Shown piece after piece: positions 12,978 through 21,742 of a DNA stretch of 64,000 nucleotides. Source of the stretch: Burkholderiales bacterium (GTDB taxonomy: Bacteria; Pseudomonadota; Gammaproteobacteria; Burkholderiales; JABEVD01); contig JAIELG010000016.1 of the NCBI GenBank assembly GCA_019753155.1, positions 113,280 through 177,279 of the forward strand, in the 5' to 3' direction. The notes under the pieces are model-generated. The model saw nothing but the letters and a program-made list of their open reading frames with translations, was not told the origin of the DNA and made no database searches. Numbering within the stretch: position 1 is the stretch's first letter; each line of letters opens with the position of its first letter. The translations under genes were made by a program, and so were the position numbers.

Positions 12978-13220
12978 ATGAGAATCCTTTATTTTGCGAG
13001 ACTTCGCGAAGCATTCGGCGCCTACGAGGACATCATGCTGCCGCAAGGCGTCACGGATGCGGGAGGGCTGGTTGCGCTGCTCGAAGCCAGGGGTGGGAAG
13101 TGGCATGACGAACTTGCCAAGCCTTTCAGGCTTGCGGTCAACCGGCAAATGGCGGGACTCGATGCCGCAGTGAACAATGGCGATGAAGTTGCCATTTTCC
13201 CCCCTGTTACCGGAGGATGA
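12978..13220 (+). CDS. moaD: Molybdopterin synthase sulfur carrier
   Basis: MRILYFARLRE...FPPVTGG. Confidence 0.93.
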   Translation: MRILYFARLREAFGAYEDIMLPQGVTDAGGLVALLEARGGKWHDELAKPFRLAVNRQMAGLDAAVNNGDEVAIFPPVTGG

Positions 13221-13221
13221 T

Positions 13222-13674
13222 ATGGAAGCGAGGGTGCAGCAGGAAGATTTTGACCTGGGAATCGAGGTGGCGAAAATCAGGGGGCGATTTTCCGGTATCG
13301 GCGCCATTGCGAGCTTTGTCGGGTTCGTGCGTGACTTCAGCGAGGGTCGTAAGGTGAGCGGAATGATGCTGGAACATTATCCGGGGATGGCGGAAATTGC
13401 GCTTCATGCCATTCTGGACGAGGCGCGGGAGAAATGGGGCATACTGGATGCCACCATCGTCCATCGGGTGGGGCGTCTCGCAGTATCGGAGCAGATCGTC
13501 CTCGTCCTGGCTGCTTCGCCCCACAGGATGGAGGCCTTCAAGGCAGTCGAGTTCATCATCGATCTCCTGAAAACGCAAGCGCCGTTCTGGAAGAAGGAAA
13601 CGACAACAGAAGGGGATCAATGGGTCGAAGCGAAGTCTTCAGACGGCCTCGCGGCTTCACGCTGGGTCGAGTGA
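13222..13674 (+). CDS. moaE: Molybdopterin synthase catalytic subunit
   Basis: LEHYPGM, HRVGRL, KTQAPFWKKE. Confidence 0.95.
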   Translation: MEARVQQEDFDLGIEVAKIRGRFSGIGAIASFVGFVRDFSEGRKVSGMMLEHYPGMAEIALHAILDEAREKWGILDATIVHRVGRLAVSEQIVLVLAASPHRMEAFKAVEFIIDLLKTQAPFWKKETTTEGDQWVEAKSSDGLAASRWVE

Positions 13675-14040
13675 ATCCTTGATCGCTTCGCTCGTTCTGG
13701 ATAGAAATTCCATATGATCTGTTTCGATTTTCCTGTAAAGAGATATGAGACGCCTGGCTTCTTCGGTGAGCTTCGATCCGCCTCCCCCTTTCCCGCCCGA
13801 TGTGCGTTCGACGAGTGGGAAGCCCGAATTCCTGTTCATCGCATCGACCGCATCCCAGGCCGATTTGTAGCTCATTTTCATGATCCTGGCGGCTTCTGCG
13901 ATCGACCCTGTTTCGTCGATATGCTGCAGAAGTTCGATTCTTCCATGTCCCAGAAAATTCCTGCCGTTTTTCGTCAGCCAGATGCGGCCATGCACTGCTG
14001 TCAATTTGATTTCTCCTTGAACCCTGACGTAATATGCCAT
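13657..14040 (-). CDS. modE: ModE-like winged-helix regulator lacking the molybdate-binding domains
   Basis: [30 protein letters not shown]...GGKGGGGS; only 127 aa. Confidence 0.8.
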   Translation of the reverse strand: MAYYVRVQGEIKLTAVHGRIWLTKNGRNFLGHGRIELLQHIDETGSIAEAARIMKMSYKSAWDAVDAMNRNSGFPLVERTSGGKGGGGSKLTEEARRLISLYRKIETDHMEFLSRTSEAIKDSLDPA

Positions 14041-14075
14041 TCGATATCGCGCAGGTCAACGACAGGGAAAGCTGG

Positions 14076-14546
14076 ATGAAAGGATTGACGCATTTCGATT
14101 CCAGAGGAGACGCGCATATGGTCGACGTTTCCGGGAAAGGCGAAACCCGGCGTATCGCGATTGCGGAGGGGCGCATCGGGATGAAGCTCGAAACGCTGGG
14201 AATCGTCAAAAGCGGAAGCGGAGAAAAAGGGGACGTGCTCGCCGTTTCGCGCATCGCCGGAATCATGGCTGCCAAGCGCACATCCGAATTGATTCCGCTC
14301 TGCCATCCCCTCGCCCTTACAAAAGTCGCAGTGGAATTCGAATTCGAGGAGACTGCAATCCTGTGCAGGGCGCGGACCGAGACGGTGGGGCGGACCGGGG
14401 TGGAGATGGAAGCCCTGACAGCCGCCAGCATTGCGCTCCTCACGATATATGACATGTGCAAGGCTGTGGATAGGGGGATGACTATCTCCGGCATCAGGCT
14501 GATCGAGAAACAGGGAGGCGCTTCCGGAAACTGGCATGCAGAATGA
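14076..14546 (+). CDS. moaC: Cyclic pyranopterin monophosphate synthase
   Basis: [30 protein letters not shown]. Confidence 0.96.
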   Translation: MKGLTHFDSRGDAHMVDVSGKGETRRIAIAEGRIGMKLETLGIVKSGSGEKGDVLAVSRIAGIMAAKRTSELIPLCHPLALTKVAVEFEFEETAILCRARTETVGRTGVEMEALTAASIALLTIYDMCKAVDRGMTISGIRLIEKQGGASGNWHAE

Positions 14547-15117
14547 ATGCGTCACTGCAGCCATCCTCGCAGGGGGGCGCGCAAGCCGCATGGGCGGGAG
14601 CGACAAGGGGCTGCTTCTGCTCGAAGGCGTTTCCCTTGCCGGGAGGGTGGTCAAACGGATTGCGCCATGCGTCGATGAAATCCTCATTACGGCGAACCGC
14701 AACCTGGAATTTTATTCCGGTTTCGGCCTGCCGGTATTCTCTGACGAGGGCTGCGGCCCGCTTTCAGGACTGCGTCAGGCGATGCGCTTTGCAAGTTGTC
14801 CGCTGATCCTGACCCTGCCTTGCGACACGCCTTTTTTTCCTGAAAATCTGGTTGAAAATCTCCGTGCCGGACTGCTGAGAGCCGGAGCGCAGATCGCGAT
14901 TCCCGAATCGGCAGGAAAAACCCATCATGCGATCATGCTTTGCCGCAATGAACTCTTTTCCGATCTCGATGAATTCCTGGAAAAGGGCGGGCGCAAGGTG
15001 CGTGACTGGCAGGAAAGATATCGACATGTCATGGTGCCTTTTCCCGAACCGAATGCATTTTTCAACATCAATACGCAGGAGGATTTGAAGCGCGCCAAAT
15101 CTATTTTTTCGGCCTGA
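14536..15117 (+). CDS. mobA: Molybdenum cofactor guanylyltransferase
   Basis: [27 protein letters not shown]. Confidence 0.93.
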   Translation: MQNECVTAAILAGGRASRMGGSDKGLLLLEGVSLAGRVVKRIAPCVDEILITANRNLEFYSGFGLPVFSDEGCGPLSGLRQAMRFASCPLILTLPCDTPFFPENLVENLRAGLLRAGAQIAIPESAGKTHHAIMLCRNELFSDLDEFLEKGGRKVRDWQERYRHVMVPFPEPNAFFNINTQEDLKRAKSIFSA

Positions 15118-15628
15118 AAGCGCTGATCGCCTCAAGCTTGGTTTCGATGTAGGGCCCTCCGATGAGGTCGATGCAGTAGGGTATGGCAGGGAAAATGCCG
15201 TCCAGCGTTTCCTTGATGGCTTTGGGCTGACCGGGGAGGTTCAGGATCAAGGCGTTCTTTCTGATGACCCCGACCTGGCGCGAGAGGATGGCGGTAGGTA
15301 CGTATTTCAGGCTGATTTGGCGCATCTGTTCGCCGAATCCGTCGAGCACCCTGTCGGCAACGGCAAGTGTCGCATCAGGCGTCACGTCGCGCGGCGCGGG
15401 TCCGGTGCCTCCTGTTGTCAGAACGAGCGCGCAGCCCTGTATGTCGATGAGTTCGACGAGCGTGCGTTCTATCAGGTCGCGTTCGTCGGGAATCAGCCTG
15501 GAAATCCCGGTCCATCGGGTCGCCAGCGCATTATCCAGCCAGGTCTTCAGCGCCGGAATGCCCTTGTCCTCGTAAACCCCGCTGGAGGCGCGGTCGCTGA
15601 TGCTGATTAGCCCTATCCTGATTTCCAT
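15101..15628 (-). CDS. mog: Molybdopterin adenylyltransferase
   Basis: SDRAS, TTGGTGPAPRDVTP, NLPGQPKAI. Confidence 0.95.
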   Translation of the reverse strand: MEIRIGLISISDRASSGVYEDKGIPALKTWLDNALATRWTGISRLIPDERDLIERTLVELIDIQGCALVLTTGGTGPAPRDVTPDATLAVADRVLDGFGEQMRQISLKYVPTAILSRQVGVIRKNALILNLPGQPKAIKETLDGIFPAIPYCIDLIGGPYIETKLEAISAFRPKK

Positions 15629-15678
15629 GCGCTGCCTGAAAGAATGAAAATCGGATTCTAGCATGCGTTTCTCGTCTG

Positions 15679-16134
15679 TTATGGGATAAGTAAACGCAGG
15701 GGAATCATGCCGGATACGGAAAATCCGTGGCGCTGGTAGAAGCGGATCGCATCGATGTTTGTCCTATCCGTGAGCAGGGTAATGCGCGCGCAGCCTGATG
15801 CTTGCGCCTTGGCGATTGCGGCTTCCAGCAGCCTCGATCCGATTTTGCCGCCGCGCTTTCCGGGTCTCACGATCATGTCTTCCAGGAGGGCAACCTGCCC
15901 GCCGCAAGCTGTGCTGACGGTGTAGAGCAGGTTTACCATGCCCACGATTTCCGTCCCTTCCCTGAATACGAGGATCGTCCCGGTGTCGGGTTGGCTGATG
16001 ATTTTCCTGAGTCCTTCGGATTGCTTCTCCCGGTCAGGTTTGAAATCCTCTTCCTGCTTGAACAGAATCGCGAGAAGCTCGCACAGGAGGGGAATGTCCT
16101 CGTGCGTGGCTGCCTCTATTTTTTCGAGGGGCAT
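15679..16134 (-). CDS. GNAT family acetyltransferase
   Basis: VRPGKRGGKIGSRLL acetyl-CoA motif; AIRFYQRHGF. Confidence 0.88.
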   Translation of the reverse strand: MPLEKIEAATHEDIPLLCELLAILFKQEEDFKPDREKQSEGLRKIISQPDTGTILVFREGTEIVGMVNLLYTVSTACGGQVALLEDMIVRPGKRGGKIGSRLLEAAIAKAQASGCARITLLTDRTNIDAIRFYQRHGFSVSGMIPLRLLIP

Positions 16135-16334
16135 GGGGATAGGTGTTCCTCTTATGATGATTTCGATTTTATTGTCTCCCCGGATAGTCTATCATCCTTA
16201 AGAATCGGAGAGGCAGGTGAAAGCGCCCTGCTTCAAATCTCTTTAGGATGGTTTATGCGTCGATCCAGCGACTTTATCTCCTGCCAAGGTGGGAATTTCC
16301 GCCGTTTTTCCCCAACCAGCTTCCGCAATTATCC

Positions 16335-18023
16335 ATGCGAGAAGGCCTGAAAATCCGTTTTCTGCTTTTCGCAGTTGCACTTCTCATTTCCGTGCCTGCG
16401 CGAGCCGTATCGATGGGGGAGAGCGGGATCAGCGATTTGCAGGGGCAGTTCTATCTGGCGGAAGGGGAGCGTTTCCCCGCGTCGACCACCGATCTGCTCG
16501 GCTGGCTTTCGAAGCTGCATGAAGTCGAAGGCGTGAGCCTGCTCGGCGGCAGCTACTGGTTCCGCGCCGAATTGCGAAACGATGCCGGCAATACGCAATG
16601 GGTGCTCGAACCCGACGACAGATTGATCGACAGTGTGGAAGTTCGAGTTTACGGGCAGGGCGGGGACGTGCAGCGTTTCGTCACAGGTTACCGGGCGGAG
16701 CACGACTACATGCTGCACTCGGGCAAGGCCATAAGCCTGCCCCGAGGGTCGAGTGCAACGGTCCTGATTCATTTCGAAAGCCCCTACTATGCCTCGGTGC
16801 CGAAAGTGAATCTGTTCCCTGAACGCGCCTATCGGCATATCGTATTTTCCGACGATACGATGGCCCTCGCAGCTTTCGGGGCGCTCCTGACCCTTGCGTG
16901 CTACAACCTGTTCATTTACTGGATTACGCGTGACCGCACGCTTTTCTATTATGCCGCCTATATGATCGCCTATTTTTTCGGATGGGCGTTCACCTTCCAG
17001 CTTCCGGCGGAATTGTTCGGCTGGCACGATCTGCATCTGCACTATATCTGGTTTTTCCTGCTTCATGTGCTCAATACGCTGTTTTACATGGAGTTTCTGA
17101 AACTCAGGGTGAATTTTCCGCGCCTTGCGGCGATCAGCCGGATCAACATCGTGTTGCCGCTCGTCCTGCTGCCGAGCTGCTTCTTCGCCCTGCCTTATGC
17201 GCATCTCCTGGCGACGGCGGTCATCAGCCTGTGGCTGAGCATCGCCCTTGTATGCGGCATTGTGAGCCTTGCGAACGGTTTTCGTCCGGCGCGCTATTTC
17301 GTGCTGGCCTTCATTGCGCTTCTTGTTCCGGGAATCATTATCCTGCCTGCCAATCTGGGGCTGGTGCCGGAAATCGTGAGGAACTCCGAACTCTTCACCT
17401 TGCTGGGCGGCACTCTGGATGGAATCCTGCTGGCTTTCGGGGTGGCTGACAAAATCCGGGCGCTCGCAATCGAAAAGGAGCATGCCCTGCAGCGGTTGAG
17501 CAAAATGCTGGCATTGACCCGCACCGACCACCTGACGGGCATTGCAAACCGCCATGCTTTTGATCAGATTTTCAAGGAAAGCTTCCACTGTCCGGATTTT
17601 TCGGGCGATCCGGACCAATTGATGCTGTTTCTCATCGACCTGGATGGCTTGAAGCGGGTCAACGACTGTCACGGGCATTCGCGGGGAGACGAACTGCTGC
17701 GCGTATTCGCCAAGTCTCTTGCCGGGCTGGAGTCGGGCAGCATTTCGGCGTTCCGGTTGGGGGGAGATGAATTCACCCTGCTTGCGCAAAAGCGCAACGA
17801 AGCCGAACTCGTCTCGGCCATGGCGCGGTTCGAGGCGGATCTGCGCGAACAGGGATTCACCGAAACGGGAATAAGCTACGGCATAGCCTATGCGGGAGAG
17901 AGCACGTCGAGCGAAGACATGCTCATCATTGCCGATAGTCGCATGTACGACAACAAGGTCGCCAAGCGTCAGGCCAGGGCGACTGATGCATGGCTTGTGA
18001 GCCCGGTCCGGGATATTGCCTAG
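16335..18023 (+). CDS. 7TM-DISM sensor diguanylate cyclase
   Basis: Signal peptide, periplasmic domain, about 7 TM helices, DHLTGIANR, DLDGLKRVND, RLGGDEF; start uncertain. Confidence 0.88.
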   Translation: MREGLKIRFLLFAVALLISVPARAVSMGESGISDLQGQFYLAEGERFPASTTDLLGWLSKLHEVEGVSLLGGSYWFRAELRNDAGNTQWVLEPDDRLIDSVEVRVYGQGGDVQRFVTGYRAEHDYMLHSGKAISLPRGSSATVLIHFESPYYASVPKVNLFPERAYRHIVFSDDTMALAAFGALLTLACYNLFIYWITRDRTLFYYAAYMIAYFFGWAFTFQLPAELFGWHDLHLHYIWFFLLHVLNTLFYMEFLKLRVNFPRLAAISRINIVLPLVLLPSCFFALPYAHLLATAVISLWLSIALVCGIVSLANGFRPARYFVLAFIALLVPGIIILPANLGLVPEIVRNSELFTLLGGTLDGILLAFGVADKIRALAIEKEHALQRLSKMLALTRTDHLTGIANRHAFDQIFKESFHCPDFSGDPDQLMLFLIDLDGLKRVNDCHGHSRGDELLRVFAKSLAGLESGSISAFRLGGDEFTLLAQKRNEAELVSAMARFEADLREQGFTETGISYGIAYAGESTSSEDMLIIADSRMYDNKVAKRQARATDAWLVSPVRDIA

Positions 18024-21000
18024 AAATCGGTTTCTCCCTTGATGATTTCCGGGTAGCCCGAAATGGCGCGCGAAGTCTGCATGCCCGCCATCACGGCCGC
18101 CTCGACGCAACCTGCGTTCAACCCGGTCCTGATCCAGTCTCCCGTCAAATAAAGGTTGGAAAACCCCGATCCGTCGGTTGCGATCCGGTATGCGGTGCTG
18201 CCCACTACCGACAGCACGTAACGCTCGGACGGATCGACATTTGCCCGCCAGTACTGGCTGTCAAAGCGTGCGCGCCCGGCAGCCCCGGAGGAATCGACCA
18301 GCCAGTCCCATTTGAACGGCGATCCGGCATCGGGCCACAGGGCCGTGATGTGGGTGTCGAGTTGATCGATCGCGCCCGCTTTTGCTTTTTCCGCGCATCG
18401 GGCAGGAAAAGCATAATCCGTCACAGGGGGAAAGTAATCGATCGGCATCGCACTGCACAGATAGGAAACGTTTTTGGGGGAAAGGGGCAAAGGCCAGTCT
18501 TCACGGCATAGCAACTGGTCCATCGGCGCCCAGGTGTCATAGGGTTCGGTGAAGCCGCTCAACACCGGTTCCTGACCGTCCGGACGGTCGGTCCAGCCCA
18601 TTTGCCCGAGATCCTGATTCAGCCAGACCTGGTAGGCTTGCGTTACCACGGTTTGTACTTTTTCTGTTGTATTCCTGAGGGCGAGACTCTGTTCGAGCAG
18701 CTTCGGGCAAAGCTGGGGCACCCCGGCGATCGAGATGCCGAAAACGACGCGGTCGAAATCTATCCCCTTCTTCAGACTCAGTTGAGGCAAAGGCTTGTCG
18801 AAAGCGGCTTCGTAGAGCGCAGGCCAATTGCTCCAGTTGGATTCGAGGTTGACGTTTTGCGCCTTGAGTATTTCAGCTTCCTTTGGATCGATCTGGGAAA
18901 AATCAGGCGTGCTCGGCCAGCAGTCCAGTCCCTTTACGGAAACGAGTGGATCATATTCCCCTGAAACGAGATCGACTTGCCGGGTGAGCCTGATTTCGCC
19001 GACCGTCTCGCCTTCCGGCAAAAGCGCCTCGACTTTGTGGAAGAATTTGAATTTCACGCCTTTCGCCTTGAGCACCTGATAGAAGGGGGTGAAAATCGTA
19101 TCGCCCATGCCGGCCTGCATCTTGTACATGATCGAGCCTTTGTAGCAGATGCCGATACGCATCATCGCGCGCAAAATGGTTCCCGCTTCCACGTTCGGCT
19201 TGCCGGCATCGCCCCCTTCATAGGCGAATACCAGATCGTAGAATCCCCGGATGGGCGCGGAATTCACCGTGACGGGCACGTTTGCGCCATGCTTGGTCAG
19301 CCATGCCCTGAAGTCCATATCGTTGATTACATCGAAGCCGTTTTCGAATACCCCGTCTTCCAGCATGCCGAGCAGGACGGTTGCGCCCAGGTCCACGCAA
19401 ATGTAAAGCCGCCTCAAGGCATCGTTGGAGTCCAGCTTTTGCAGGATCTCATTCTCGAGCCAGGTTTTGATTGCCTTCATCGCCCCCGAGAGCAGGTCGC
19501 GATCGAAGCCGACTCCGGTCATGGTGAAATCATGCAGGCACTTCGCTGCCTTGACGACATCGCTGCCAAGCTCGTCCACATCCTGTCCAAGCGCCTGTGC
19601 AAGCTTTCCTAGCCAGTCTTCATGCCGGTCGGGCTGAGAAAGCCTTGCCGAGTCCGCGTCATCCAGATGTTGCGAGCTGATGTCGGAAAGCCATTTCCTG
19701 ATCCAGCCCCACAACGCGACAGCAGCCTGCCACAGGGTGATGGCTTCGCTTCCGTCTCCGGGTTCGCCCGGAAGGACAGGAAAATCGAGTGGCCACATTT
19801 TCCAGATATCGTCGATATATTCGGAGAGCACGATGAAATCATGCGGCTTGAAGGCATCCTGCCATGTGGCAAGCGGGGCGCCCGGCGGACGACCGAGCGC
19901 CTCGTAGGCGCCCTTGATCGTGGCGAATGCGTTTTCGTAAAAACCGAACCATATGTGCAGGCCGTGTTCTTCGATGCGCTGTCCGTATTCGGCGTTGCGG
20001 CCGCTCGCTCCTTTTCCGCCCAGGCGCCAGCCCATCTGGTAGACCGTGATGTCGTATCTGTTTTGCCAGCCGCTCTGGCTGGTCAGGTAATATGCCGTCG
20101 TCATGGCGCCTACGCCGCTGCCCAGAATGGCGATTTTTTCGGGCTGAATCTGCGAGTTGTCCACGAGTTCTTCTCCAGGGGTGACGGTAAAATCGAAATA
20201 AAGATTGAAGGGCAGAATCACCAGGGATTCCCCGAGCGGCAAGCCCAGAGTCTGGTCGAGCGGAAAGCTTGCATAAGGGTGCAGGGTGGCCTTGTAATCG
20301 TAACCGAGCAAGGCACCGCTGTGCAGGGCGTCCACATTTGCAGGGGCTGCGATGATCGCCTGATATACTGCTTTTTCTCCCGCAGAATCCGGAAACTGCT
20401 TGAGGAATATCTGGTCGGTGCGTGGACGGAAGAGGAGGGAGATCACTTCCTCGCAAGCGGCCAGATCCATGTTCAGGAAATCCGGCACGGATCTCAGCAG
20501 CTCGAAAGCTTGGGCGAGGAAATCGAGAAAATCCTTCACAGGGTGGTGGGGATTGATTGTACTGACCGCATCGATTTCCAGTAGCGGATGCATGGCTATT
20601 TTCGTGTCCGGCGAAAACGGCTGGAACCCCCGTGCCGATACGGTGCAGCGCAACGGATCCGCCCCAAGTTCGGGGATTTCATATTCGCATTGGTATTTCG
20701 GGTAGCCGAAGAGCTCGCGTCCGTTGATGAGCGCCATGCAGTCGTCGACGAAAATATGACAGGGATACCAGTAGATGTGGGAGAGCTTGCCTTTATCATC
20801 CATTTTCCCCACCATCACCCAGGCGACGATATCGACCTCGGTGATCCAGCCCTTGTCTCTGTCCACAGGCATCGTTGAACTCGCATGATTCACCCTCGTG
20901 AAGGTCATCATTACGTAGGACGAGAGCGCCTTGAAGTTCATGCGCCCGGAAGCCACCCGATTGAGCGTCTCGTCGAGGGTGTTCTGCAGTTTCGAAAGAT

Positions 21001-21103
21001 CGCCCTTGAGGAAAAAACCGTACATGTTGGCTTGTCTCAATTGCAGCGGAGAATGCATCAGCGGCGATCCGCCCGCATAGATGTATTGCGGCCTTTGTGT
21101 CAT
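18020..21103 (-). CDS. Fusion of an acetoacetate-decarboxylase-like domain and an FAD-dependent oxidoreductase
   Basis: N-terminal GRELFGYPK (ADC Schiff-base Lys motif); C-terminal ILGSGVGA, RLGGKGAS, EEHGLH, NLYLTGDW..GCVEAAV. Confidence 0.75.
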   Translation of the reverse strand: MTQRPQYIYAGGSPLMHSPLQLRQANMYGFFLKGDLSKLQNTLDETLNRVASGRMNFKALSSYVMMTFTRVNHASSTMPVDRDKGWITEVDIVAWVMVGKMDDKGKLSHIYWYPCHIFVDDCMALINGRELFGYPKYQCEYEIPELGADPLRCTVSARGFQPFSPDTKIAMHPLLEIDAVSTINPHHPVKDFLDFLAQAFELLRSVPDFLNMDLAACEEVISLLFRPRTDQIFLKQFPDSAGEKAVYQAIIAAPANVDALHSGALLGYDYKATLHPYASFPLDQTLGLPLGESLVILPFNLYFDFTVTPGEELVDNSQIQPEKIAILGSGVGAMTTAYYLTSQSGWQNRYDITVYQMGWRLGGKGASGRNAEYGQRIEEHGLHIWFGFYENAFATIKGAYEALGRPPGAPLATWQDAFKPHDFIVLSEYIDDIWKMWPLDFPVLPGEPGDGSEAITLWQAAVALWGWIRKWLSDISSQHLDDADSARLSQPDRHEDWLGKLAQALGQDVDELGSDVVKAAKCLHDFTMTGVGFDRDLLSGAMKAIKTWLENEILQKLDSNDALRRLYICVDLGATVLLGMLEDGVFENGFDVINDMDFRAWLTKHGANVPVTVNSAPIRGFYDLVFAYEGGDAGKPNVEAGTILRAMMRIGICYKGSIMYKMQAGMGDTIFTPFYQVLKAKGVKFKFFHKVEALLPEGETVGEIRLTRQVDLVSGEYDPLVSVKGLDCWPSTPDFSQIDPKEAEILKAQNVNLESNWSNWPALYEAAFDKPLPQLSLKKGIDFDRVVFGISIAGVPQLCPKLLEQSLALRNTTEKVQTVVTQAYQVWLNQDLGQMGWTDRPDGQEPVLSGFTEPYDTWAPMDQLLCREDWPLPLSPKNVSYLCSAMPIDYFPPVTDYAFPARCAEKAKAGAIDQLDTHITALWPDAGSPFKWDWLVDSSGAAGRARFDSQYWRANVDPSERYVLSVVGSTAYRIATDGSGFSNLYLTGDWIRTGLNAGCVEAAVMAGMQTSRAISGYPEIIKGETDF

Positions 21104-21260
21104 CTTCCCCCCGTATGATTTTTGGACTCGATTGGAGCGCTGCCAAGGATATACCGCAGCAAGTATAGGCCTGGTTTTATTACCGGGGTGTTTCAAGCTT
21201 GCCGTAAAATGGCCAAACCGCCACCTTGCCGGGGCGGGTCAGCCTTTCGGATCGATTTCT

Positions 21261-21578
21261 TCAGGAAGCCAGGTTTTTCCTGTCCGCCTTGCTCTTTTCA
21301 TGCAGCCGGTAGACGACATCATCCAGGCTTGCGAGCTTTCTTTCGGTCAATATGTCTGCAATCTCTTCCGAATTCAGATCGGTTGCGATCGAGATTTTTT
21401 TGAACGCATCTTCTGTTGCTCTCCTGAATTTCGTCATGTCGACTTCCTCGAGGATTTGCATCACCTCCCTGGAAGAAAGCGCCGTGGCTTTCGCGATCGA
21501 ATCGATGGCGTCTTCCACCACATGGTGGAGTTGTTCAACGATGACATGCTCCGGAACCCATTGTTCAGTCGATAACAT
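21261..21578 (-). CDS. Hypothetical helical protein with two internal repeats
   Basis: Strong GGAGGTG RBS; 105 aa. Confidence 0.75.
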   Translation of the reverse strand: MLSTEQWVPEHVIVEQLHHVVEDAIDSIAKATALSSREVMQILEEVDMTKFRRATEDAFKKISIATDLNSEEIADILTERKLASLDDVVYRLHEKSKADRKNLAS

Positions 21579-21742
21579 GATAATCACCTCCATAGTATGA
21601 TACCGATACCGGAAAAATCTCCGGTAATCAATCATAGTAAATCATGGCGGCAATGCAAATGATTCTTAACTATCGCAATGTGAGGCAGTCAACCGCTTTG
21701 TCCCGATACGGCTTATAATCACGTTTTTCCAGATCAAGATCC

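Noticed and set aside
16329-18110. 593-aa minus-strand ORF
   Set aside because: Shadow of the diguanylate cyclase.
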